This document shows positions 37,499-45,857 of a stretch of DNA of 64,000 bases, piece after piece (the first letter of the stretch is position 1; every line of letters begins with the position of its first letter). Under the pieces are notes generated by a model that did no database searches, was not told the origin of the DNA, and was given only the letters and a program-made list of their open reading frames with translations. The position numbers and the translations under genes were made by a program. Source of the DNA: Candidatus Poriferihabitans sp. (lineage in GTDB: Bacteria > Pseudomonadota > Gammaproteobacteria > Arenicellales > Poriferihabitantaceae); the NCBI GenBank assembly GCA_965220975.1, contig OZ244855.1:2384967-2448966 (forward strand), written 5' to 3'.

Positions 37499-38738
37499 CG
37501 TCGGGGCACAGGCAGAGGCGACTGTTTATGGTCGCATTAACAATGTACTGGAGTTCAACGATTCCGGCAAGGCTGGAGAAGACACGACGGCCGATGTCTC
37601 GACTGTCGGGTCGCGTTTCGGCATCAAGGGCAGTGCCGACATCGGCAATGGCCTGACCGCTCGGGGGCATTACGAGTTCGGGCTGAACACCGACAAGAAG
37701 GAAACCGGTCTCAACAATCGAATTGCTTCGGTGGGTGTTGCCGGTGGTTTCGGAAGCATTGATGTCGGCAACCAGTGGAGCGCCTTCTACAACACCACCG
37801 GCGTGGACATGGATCCGAGCTGGAATCAGGGCGGCATCGGGGGTACGCCTTTTCGAGCCTCCAACACCGTCAAGTATGGCAATTCAGTGGGCCCGTTGAA
37901 TCTGGAACTGGATTTGCGTCTGAACGACGGCGGCGATGAAACGGGTACCGAGGGACTTGCCGGTGAAGGCGGCGGACTCGGAGTGCGAGTTGCGGTTACC
38001 GACAACATTACCCTGGGCTTTGCCTACGACAATGAAGACCGGTCGGACATGATCACCCCGGCAGTGTATGGTCATAGATATGATCTTAGTGATCTTACTG
38101 ATGATCAGATAAAGGTTTTGGATTTGAGGAGGTCGAAAGGTACAAATGAAACCAGCGATAGCACAGAAAACAACGGCTCCTATACTGGGCTGACTTATGC
38201 CGGTCCCAGTGCGAAGGATGGAATAGCCAGCAAGCTGTCAGACTATGATGGAGTCTACTGCCTGAGCAGTGCAATGGTTACCGAAAAGAAAGGCAAGATC
38301 ACCGCGAATGATGCGGTAGCAACCAAGGATGTCGGAAAGCTTGGGTTGAAAGAAGGCGATGCTTGTACAGTTACAAAAGACAAGACCGGGGCGGAAACCG
38401 AGCGGATGGGCGTTTCAGCCAAGATTTCACTGGGTCAGTTCTATGGAATCTTTGCCTACAGCACCAAGAACGTAACCGACAATGGCAAGGAGACCGAGAC
38501 CGAATATGCACAAGTCTGGGGAGGCGTACACCTCGCCGACAGCACTTCGGCACTGATTGGTTTTGGCCAGAGCGAGACGGAAGGGATGGATGCAAACCCG
38601 ACCGCGTTGACACTGGGTCTGTACCACAACATGGGCGGCGGATTGCAACTTTGGTATGAAGGTCAGAGCAATGATCCGGACATGGCCGGCATGGACAACA
38701 GCGTCAACCACAAGGCCGGTATCCGGTTTGATTTCTAA
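37476..38738 (+). CDS. porin paralog e, lacking start codon and n-region
   Basis: Porin hallmarks are present. The upstream frame is TAA-IPCDFSRCYRDRPLKAEA-VSAAVMMPVGAQA with no ATG. Confidence 0.8.
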   Translation: MSAAVMMPVGAQAEATVYGRINNVLEFNDSGKAGEDTTADVSTVGSRFGIKGSADIGNGLTARGHYEFGLNTDKKETGLNNRIASVGVAGGFGSIDVGNQWSAFYNTTGVDMDPSWNQGGIGGTPFRASNTVKYGNSVGPLNLELDLRLNDGGDETGTEGLAGEGGGLGVRVAVTDNITLGFAYDNEDRSDMITPAVYGHRYDLSDLTDDQIKVLDLRRSKGTNETSDSTENNGSYTGLTYAGPSAKDGIASKLSDYDGVYCLSSAMVTEKKGKITANDAVATKDVGKLGLKEGDACTVTKDKTGAETERMGVSAKISLGQFYGIFAYSTKNVTDNGKETETEYAQVWGGVHLADSTSALIGFGQSETEGMDANPTALTLGLYHNMGGGLQLWYEGQSNDPDMAGMDNSVNHKAGIRFDF

Positions 38739-38766
38739 CCCGATATTGATTTAGAGGAATTAAATA

Positions 38767-41238
38767 ATGAAACACAAAACATACATTGCGGTGCTGTTGG
38801 CCGGAATGCTGGCACTCGCAGGATGCGGGGGCGGCAATTCCAGCACGCCAGCGACTGTCGCAGTAGTGGAAGGGGCTGCACCATCCGATGGTGGCGGTAC
38901 AAGATACGTGCAGGATCAGAAAGACGCGATTGCCGCTGCTGGAACTTTAGCGGCAGTAAATGCCGTTATTTCCGGCCTGGATAATGACAGACTCTCGGCA
39001 ACAGAGAAAGGCACATTGGAAACTGAAGCTGCTGACAGGAGAAAGGCCATTTCCGATGCTGAGGTTGCCAGGGAAATTGCCCTGATCAAGGCCGCAGCCG
39101 ATGCGGGCAATGTTGACATAGCCCTTGAGATAGCCAAGCGTAACGAGAATATCTTGCCGGAAGCAAAGTCTGCCACGGGTGAAGGTTCGTTGCAAATGGC
39201 CGCTGATGATCGAAAAACTGCAATTTCCAATGAGAATACTCGATTGGCAGGCGAAGCTTCCAGTAATGCCGTTCAAGCTGCAATAGACGCGATCAACGCT
39301 GCGACTAAACTACAGGAAGTTACTGAGGCTGTTGATGAGGCCAATGCCAATGCGGCTATCTTGCAGGCAGAAAAGGACAAAACCGCTGAAGATGCAGGTT
39401 CGTATCAAATGGCCGCGGCAGAGAAGAGGGTCGAGATTTCGAGTGCTACCCAAAGAGCCGCCCTTATGACAGCTGGTGATAAGTTGAGGGATGATTTGGG
39501 CGTCGCAACCGGTGCCGGTGATGCCGTTACACAAGCGCAGATTGACGATGCGAAAGAAGCGCTTGCCGGCCTGAATACCGCTATTGACAATGCAGATGAC
39601 GTGGCAGATGAGCTGAAACAGCCGTATGTGGATCAGCGTGATACTGCCGGCATTGATACGCTGGAATCAAGACTATCCCAGGTCGACGCACTGAAAGCAG
39701 CCCGATCCGCCCTGCTTGCTGCCGTGAAGATCGATGAAAAGGATGCCCTTAATGAAGATGGCTATTTTGATTCGGATGATCCCTTTGGGACATTTATACC
39801 AACCAGAGATGAACTAACCGCTATCGCAGGCTTACGGGATGAACTCAAGCGTTTGCTGGATGACGAATCCGGTGATGTTGTGGATAATGGTCCTTACTGG
39901 AACGCCTATAGCCGAGTTGCACAGTGGTGGAGTTCAAATGACAGGAATTTGAGAGTTGTCGAAACGAATGACCAAAATAGGCAGAATGAACTTGATAAAG
40001 CGAATGCCGCAAGCCTGCACGCCGCGCTTAGTCTTGATTTTAACAACAACGATAATGTTATGGATTTAGATGATGGAACCATCGTTAATGGACGATTTAC
40101 TGACGCAACCACGCTTCAAATAGGTGAAAATGGTGGTGGCACGAGTGATCTGAAAAAAACTGATGCTTCCGTTCCTGCTCTGGCGGGCTGGAGCGGTGCT
40201 CAGTACACCACTACGGATGACGGAGAAATCAACCGCGAGGCGCATGTCTATACCAAGGTGAATCCGGGAAAGGAAGGAAAAATGTTCGCCACCACAGATT
40301 CAGGTAAGGTAGGTACTGGTGATGATGATACCCATCGATACCAACTTATTCTATTGGGTGATGATCACTATAATATAGGTTCTGCAGGCATTACCCGCCT
40401 TGTAAACACTGTTAGCATCATGATTGACAGCTTTACCCAGACCGCAGGAAGCCGGGAGTATGAAAAGCCTGATGGTTCCACTGCTAGTTATGTTTCCGAA
40501 GCCGGTTCCTATCATGGAGTCCGGGGGACGTTTTACTGTAGTGGTGCCCCTGGTGATGCCTGCAAGGTGAATCACGCGGGCGAAAACAAACAAACTTTTG
40601 AGACTGTTGGTAGCTGGCGTTTCGTACCCTCAGATCCCAATGCCCGGGTTACCATGGATGAAGATGCTCCGCTTGCCTCATACGGCTGGTGGCTGGACAA
40701 GTCTGATAGTGATGATTGGAGCGTTGGCGTGTTTGATGCCAATCGGGGTAGTGTTCAGCAACTTAGTCAATTCAATCTAGATTCCGGCAGTGCTACCTAC
40801 CGAGGTGGCGCAGCCGGCAAGTATGCTCTGACCAGCAGCACCGGAGGAAGGAACGAGGCCGGACACTTTACCGCCAGCGTGGAACTCATGGCCAAGTTCG
40901 GAGCTGGTACTGGTGGTAGTACTGGTGATACAATCTCCGGCACGGTTAGCGACTTCAAGAATGGTCAGGGCGCGGACATTGACGGACAATGGAAGGTTGC
41001 GCTAGGAGAATCCATGATTGCAGATACTGGTGCTATTTCTGCTGCTGGAGATAAATCCAAGACCACATGGTCTGTCGGTGAAACCGCTGGAACGGCTGCC
41101 GGTTCCTGGTCGGGCAACATGTGGAAGGAAGGAGACGATGGCGTACCGGACATTGTGACCGGGACATTCAACGCGCACCTCGGCAATGACGGCCGGATGG
41201 CCGGAGCCTTCGGTGCGGATCATGTTCCTAACCCATAA
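38767..41238 (+). CDS. large surface-lipoprotein candidate: lipobox, Ala-rich helical repeat stalk, TbpB-like C-terminal barrel (SLP e)
   Basis: The lipobox is MKHKTYIAVLLAGMLALAGC. Repeats about 71 codons long include GSLQMAADDRKTAIS and GSYQMAAAEKRVEIS. The C-terminus reads ATYRGGAAGKYA...GHFTASVELMAKF...ISGTVSDF...WKVAL...RMAGAFGAD. Confidence 0.75.
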   Translation: MKHKTYIAVLLAGMLALAGCGGGNSSTPATVAVVEGAAPSDGGGTRYVQDQKDAIAAAGTLAAVNAVISGLDNDRLSATEKGTLETEAADRRKAISDAEVAREIALIKAAADAGNVDIALEIAKRNENILPEAKSATGEGSLQMAADDRKTAISNENTRLAGEASSNAVQAAIDAINAATKLQEVTEAVDEANANAAILQAEKDKTAEDAGSYQMAAAEKRVEISSATQRAALMTAGDKLRDDLGVATGAGDAVTQAQIDDAKEALAGLNTAIDNADDVADELKQPYVDQRDTAGIDTLESRLSQVDALKAARSALLAAVKIDEKDALNEDGYFDSDDPFGTFIPTRDELTAIAGLRDELKRLLDDESGDVVDNGPYWNAYSRVAQWWSSNDRNLRVVETNDQNRQNELDKANAASLHAALSLDFNNNDNVMDLDDGTIVNGRFTDATTLQIGENGGGTSDLKKTDASVPALAGWSGAQYTTTDDGEINREAHVYTKVNPGKEGKMFATTDSGKVGTGDDDTHRYQLILLGDDHYNIGSAGITRLVNTVSIMIDSFTQTAGSREYEKPDGSTASYVSEAGSYHGVRGTFYCSGAPGDACKVNHAGENKQTFETVGSWRFVPSDPNARVTMDEDAPLASYGWWLDKSDSDDWSVGVFDANRGSVQQLSQFNLDSGSATYRGGAAGKYALTSSTGGRNEAGHFTASVELMAKFGAGTGGSTGDTISGTVSDFKNGQGADIDGQWKVALGESMIADTGAISAAGDKSKTTWSVGETAGTAAGSWSGNMWKEGDDGVPDIVTGTFNAHLGNDGRMAGAFGADHVPNP

Positions 41239-41253
41239 TTAATCAACCACTAC

Positions 41254-41284
41254 AAACCGGGGCGTAAAAAGCCCCGGTTTTTTG
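41254..41284. terminator. bidirectional CCGGGGC hairpin terminator
   Basis: The sequence is AAACCGGGGCgtaaaaaGCCCCGGTTTTTT. Confidence 0.65.
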
Positions 41285-41305
41285 TGCGCTAATTCCACTC
41301 GACGC

Positions 41306-42544
41306 TTACTTGACCGCACCGAATGCAGCGGTAATCTCCGCTCGCTGAAGCGTGCCGGCGGCGGTTTCCGCCTCAAATCCGTAGAAGGCCCCGACCACAT
41401 CCGGGATGCCGTCCCGATCCCGTGCATCGCTGGACGAATCGAAGTAGTGACCATGCAGGCCGAGATCGTAGCGATAGCCGTTTCGGTTCCACCACTTGCC
41501 CTTCCAGTCATAAATTCGGTGAAACCGGGCCTCTCCCGTTCCTCCATTGAAGTCAATGCTCAGGTCGGCAACACCCAGCACGGGTTCGGCGGCAGCATAT
41601 CCGACCAGGCTACCGCTGTACGATGCCCTGCCGGACAGCTCATTCAGTCTCGGAGCTGCTATGTGTTTGGCATCGACCCACGGAATGAAGACTGTCTCCC
41701 GATGCAGGCTGTCTACCCCGAAATGCACCCCGCCCGCATGATCCGCTACCATCTTCATGCCGGTATCCCAGGAACCCCATTCATGCAGGTCGTACAGCAT
41801 CGACACGTCAATCAGCGGCACGTTATCCAGCTCTCCTTCCCGGTGGTGGCGATAGGACAGGATGGACGTGTGAACCGGGTGCGGATGTCCCCCAAATCCA
41901 AGCGCATGCAGGAATTCATGCACCATGGTATCCACCAAAGGCCTCATGCGGTGAGGGGTAGAGAGGTCATGGTCCGTTTCATCACCAAGGGCATAACCCC
42001 TCGTGCCATCGGTCCACGCCACGCCGCCGGAATCCGGATCGTCATAAGGATAAATCTCGGCATGGATCACCCCTTCCGGGACAAGAGACCTGGAACGCGC
42101 TAACTGACTATCCCTGTTCACGCCGGAAAAGGTTCGGCGGGTTATTTGGTAGCCGAGTCGGTATTCCTCGGGCAGGGAACGGTTGAGAATGCCGAGTGCA
42201 CGGCGGATCACCCATACCTCCTCTTGCGTACTGCTTGAGGAAACATGGACTTCGGGCAACCGGTTCCAGGGACGGAACCACCCGCGCCCGGATACGGAGC
42301 AGTCAGAATAACCGTTGTCTTTCACACAGTCATCGTACATCGCCTGGCGATAGTCCCGGCGGGCATCATGACCAATGCCCTGATGGTGTGCTCCGGTCCG
42401 GGAGAGAGCTTCCTCTGGCCTGATTTGCTTCGCTGGGTCCGGATTGCTTGACCCACTCCCTCCGCAACCGCTCAGGACAGACAAAATCGCAACCAGGGCG
42501 ATAGCCCTTATTTTCCGTTTACTGTTCCAGAATGCGAGATTCAC
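41306..42544 (-). CDS. lipoprotein zinc metalloprotease with TbpB-like C-terminal domain, copy 2
   Basis: The lipobox is AILSVLSGC and the zinc motif is HEFLHALGFGGH. The last 203 aa are identical to copy 1, while the N-terminal half has diverged. Confidence 0.75.
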   Translation of the reverse strand: MNLAFWNSKRKIRAIALVAILSVLSGCGGSGSSNPDPAKQIRPEEALSRTGAHHQGIGHDARRDYRQAMYDDCVKDNGYSDCSVSGRGWFRPWNRLPEVHVSSSSTQEEVWVIRRALGILNRSLPEEYRLGYQITRRTFSGVNRDSQLARSRSLVPEGVIHAEIYPYDDPDSGGVAWTDGTRGYALGDETDHDLSTPHRMRPLVDTMVHEFLHALGFGGHPHPVHTSILSYRHHREGELDNVPLIDVSMLYDLHEWGSWDTGMKMVADHAGGVHFGVDSLHRETVFIPWVDAKHIAAPRLNELSGRASYSGSLVGYAAAEPVLGVADLSIDFNGGTGEARFHRIYDWKGKWWNRNGYRYDLGLHGHYFDSSSDARDRDGIPDVVGAFYGFEAETAAGTLQRAEITAAFGAVK

Positions 42545-42606
42545 GGGTTGTATTCACTTGACCAGATCAGGCAGATCGACGTCCATTCCGATTCCTGTTC
42601 CGGAAT

Positions 42607-42634
42607 GAAAAACCGGGGTTGTTATGCCCCGGCT
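42607..42634 (-). terminator. CCGGGG hairpin terminator
   Basis: On the minus strand the sequence reads AAGCCGGGGCataacaaCCCCGGTTTTTC. Confidence 0.6.
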
Positions 42635-42798
42635 TATCTCAAACGGAATGATCGCGTATCTGCGCCAAATGCACCGACCATGGTTGCCTCATCATTACCG
42701 TATTCTGCCTCAAATGTTCCGGTCGCAGCAGTGGGGGCTTGTTTTCTAGATTCCATAACCGATCTTGACAGTCGTCGGCAATGACTGGTGCAGACGCT

Positions 42799-43551
42799 TT
42801 ATCGTTCAATAAAAATAACGCCATTTTCAACATAGGTATCGTCGGATACAACAAACCCGCCAGAATAAATGAAACTGTTGCCGCTACCGCCAGCAACCGC
42901 ACCGATTACTTCATCAGCCCCAACCAAACCACCTAAATCACCACCGACACCCCGAAAACTACTGATTCCTTTCACACTCCCATCGGCATTGAATGTGCCA
43001 TTGATACGAAGGTCGCTGGAATCCGTAATGCTTTTCCCGGTGATTGTTCCATCATCAAAATTTATTGTCGCAGAAAATGCTTTTCGTTCACTCACTTTTG
43101 GATGTGACCAGATACCGGTTGTTCGAGTAGGGGTATTTTCTCCACGTGGAATAATGACCTCTGTGTCGCCATCCCGAACATAGATACCACGATTTGAACC
43201 GCCTCCACTCACCTCTCTTCCAAGATATTCTGAGAACATGACTTGATATCTTCCGAACAAGGTTGCAGAGCCGGATGATGTGGTTATTGGGGTTACTTCT
43301 GTTTGAGGCCACATCCCTGCATAGGCCACTGGTTTATTACCACGGAGGCCAATAGCAAATGATACTTTTCCGTTGTCTTTGTAACTTTCTAGCGTTTCAT
43401 GCCCCCAAACGCTACTCAATTCAAATGCGCCAGTGGCATCAGGCGCGACAATTGAATACCGGTCAATTGATTCCTCGCCACCACAAGCAACCAATAATAC
43501 ACAGGCTGTCGAAAGGAAAATATACTTCATAAACTTTTTCAATAAAGCCAT
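42799..43551 (-). CDS. lipoprotein (250 aa) with a TbpB-like C-terminal region
   Basis: I chose the start at MALLKKFMKYIFLSTACVLLVAC (lipobox), because the track N-terminus runs through the terminator hairpins. The C-terminus includes ATINFDDGTITG...INGTFNADGSVKG...VIGAVAG. Confidence 0.6.
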   Translation of the reverse strand: MALLKKFMKYIFLSTACVLLVACGGEESIDRYSIVAPDATGAFELSSVWGHETLESYKDNGKVSFAIGLRGNKPVAYAGMWPQTEVTPITTSSGSATLFGRYQVMFSEYLGREVSGGGSNRGIYVRDGDTEVIIPRGENTPTRTTGIWSHPKVSERKAFSATINFDDGTITGKSITDSSDLRINGTFNADGSVKGISSFRGVGGDLGGLVGADEVIGAVAGGSGNSFIYSGGFVVSDDTYVENGVIFIER

Positions 43552-43593
43552 CTCTTCTATTTGTTTCGTTTTTGTTTCGTTGTTTATCATGAG

Positions 43594-43672
43594 TAAAAAA
43601 CCGGGGCTTTTTACGCCCCGGTTTGTAGTTGTAGATGTGTTCACAAAAAACCGGGCTGTTACGCCCGGTTTG
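43594..43672 (-). terminator. two tandem hairpin terminators after SLP f
   Basis: The hairpins are CCGGGGC-N7-GCCCCGG (43601-43621) and CCGGGC-N6-GCCCGG (43651-43668). Each has a T-run on the minus strand. Confidence 0.6.
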
Positions 43673-43687
43673 TACAAGTAACGGTTA

Positions 43688-45829
43688 TTAGTTGTCCAGA
43701 TTGACTCCGAAAGCACCAACCATGCGCCCGGTGACCTGTCCCCTGTTCAAATATTCCGAATGGAATTTGCCAGTCGCAGATTGTGGTGTACCAGCTCCGT
43801 CCTCACCAGGTTTAATAACGTTGTAAAACTGTCCTTCCCAAGCTCCAGATTTTTCAGCGGCAGTACCACCCATGGTCCATGTGGTCATCTTCGCTGGCCC
43901 AGCACTACCATCGTTGCCAAGAATCGCCTCTTCCAGTGCGATTGACCAATCCCGAGACTGGCCGTCATCACCAACCTTGAAGTTGCTGACGGTGCCGGAA
44001 ACCTTGTCGGTACTGAAATTCGCATTCAGCGTGGCATCTGCGATAAAGTGCCCGGCATCGTTGGTTGAACCCGTGCGAATCGCATACTTCCCGGCCGCGC
44101 CACCCTGATAGGTTGCGGTACCATTCAAACTTTGTAAATCACTTGCGCGGGGAACAGCACCCCTAAGGACAGTAAAAGCACTAACAGTGGCCTTGCCGTC
44201 ATCGGCTTCGTGTATCCACCAGCCATAAGATTCATAGACATTATCAGGCGTTTGCATCAACAAAGTATCAGGATTGGTAGGTCTGAATGACCAGGTACCG
44301 ACAAATGTAAATCCTTCTGAGGCTGTACGCACTGTGCATGTTTGGTCACGACCAGACCCGGTATCACAAATATAATGCCCTGATACGCCGCTGTATGTAC
44401 CTGGAATTTCTATATCCTGTGGATTACCGTTATTACTTGGCAGTTTAAATGTTTTGTCACCTGAACCTTGGTCAAATCTCGGGCTTGAAACTTCGGCGGG
44501 CATGAAACTAGCACTCGGTAATTCTCCGTTAGCGAAATCGAAACCAGTCAAAGTTGAAAATGCAAGTCCTGGCTCAGGCGTTCCAACATTCGAGTACAGC
44601 CGAGCCGTGTAGGTGCCTCCACCTTGACCATTTCCATCAGCCTTAGCAGTGTGCTCCGAACCTGTCCAGCCATGCAAGTCTGTAACCATTGTATCCTTAT
44701 CTTCTTTCAATGGCGTAGCTGTACTCACTCCACTATCACCCCTTTGAACTGATAAAACGCCAGTACTTGCATTGATTCTAGGAGTACTTGATGCATTGTT
44801 TGCAAGAGGAGTGCCGCGTAACCCTTCCCAAAGTTTCAAGGTCATCGCCAGAGCATCAGCTTGTTGCTGATTGTGTCGCTGAGTTTCTTCACGAGTTAGC
44901 CTTTCATTCTGTGCAGTTGCCCAGCCGGTCTCAGTGTCATAGGCCGTTTGATAGGTGCTCGTATCAATGGGATTGCCGGTAATCGTGTCACCCGCATTAT
45001 TTGCATTGTCCAGTGCGGTTTTCAGCGCTCCGTGAGCCGTTATGACCGCGTTATACTGCTCCCTGGTCGGAGTATTCCCTGCCGCACTCCGACTCGTATC
45101 CAGATCGCTTTTTGCATCCATCAACGCTTTAACCAGCCCTTGCCTCGTCTTGAGCTTCTCAATGTCGGCATTGGCGTTATCACGACTCGTCTCATAGGAA
45201 GACTTGTCGTCAACATCTGCAGCTTGAGAAATTGCAGTATCCAGGTTGGCTCGAGCGGTTTCGACAGCCATGATCAAGGCATCATCAACGTCATCTCCAG
45301 CATCTTTCGCACCAGTCAGAGCTCCAGTCAGTGCAGTGTCGAGATTCTCCAGATTCGTGCGCTGAGTACTTTGTCGAGCCTGTTTCTGAATCTCGCCCGT
45401 CTTCCTGTTTGCCTTGTCCGTGAGATCAGCATGTGCAGTCATGAGTATGTTGCCGTTCGCCTTGGCTGTTTCTAATGCATCCGTGACCTCCTGTACTGTG
45501 GCTGCAGCCTCTATCTCATTCTCTGCCACTCCGACGGCAGTAGCAGAAATGCTGTTTTTCCTGGCTGTTGCCTCTCCTTCCAAGGTTTGAAAGTCTTTCT
45601 GAGAAATTTCATCCCGGTCCAGATCTTGCAAGATTTTCTCAACGGCTGCAATGGTAGTCGCTCCAGCGATTGCAGCCGATGCATCGGTCACGATCTTGGC
45701 GGCGGCCTCTTCAGCAGCTTCGGCAGCTTGGCTAGCCGCTTCTTCCGGGCTGATGCCGCTACTCCCCCCGCATCCTGCGAGCGCCAGCATACCGGCCAGC
45801 AGGGCCGCTATGTATGTTTTCTGTTTCAT
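43688..45829 (-). CDS. large surface-lipoprotein candidate with helical stalk and TbpB-like C-terminal barrel (SLP f)
   Basis: The lipobox is MKQKTYIAALLAGMLALAGC. The C-terminus reads ATYQGGAAGKYA...GHFIADATLNANF...VSGTVSNF...WSIAL...RMVGAFGVN. Confidence 0.75.
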   Translation of the reverse strand: MKQKTYIAALLAGMLALAGCGGSSGISPEEAASQAAEAAEEAAAKIVTDASAAIAGATTIAAVEKILQDLDRDEISQKDFQTLEGEATARKNSISATAVGVAENEIEAAATVQEVTDALETAKANGNILMTAHADLTDKANRKTGEIQKQARQSTQRTNLENLDTALTGALTGAKDAGDDVDDALIMAVETARANLDTAISQAADVDDKSSYETSRDNANADIEKLKTRQGLVKALMDAKSDLDTSRSAAGNTPTREQYNAVITAHGALKTALDNANNAGDTITGNPIDTSTYQTAYDTETGWATAQNERLTREETQRHNQQQADALAMTLKLWEGLRGTPLANNASSTPRINASTGVLSVQRGDSGVSTATPLKEDKDTMVTDLHGWTGSEHTAKADGNGQGGGTYTARLYSNVGTPEPGLAFSTLTGFDFANGELPSASFMPAEVSSPRFDQGSGDKTFKLPSNNGNPQDIEIPGTYSGVSGHYICDTGSGRDQTCTVRTASEGFTFVGTWSFRPTNPDTLLMQTPDNVYESYGWWIHEADDGKATVSAFTVLRGAVPRASDLQSLNGTATYQGGAAGKYAIRTGSTNDAGHFIADATLNANFSTDKVSGTVSNFKVGDDGQSRDWSIALEEAILGNDGSAGPAKMTTWTMGGTAAEKSGAWEGQFYNVIKPGEDGAGTPQSATGKFHSEYLNRGQVTGRMVGAFGVNLDN

Positions 45830-45857
45830 TGTGTATTCCTCTTAAATTGAATCAGGC

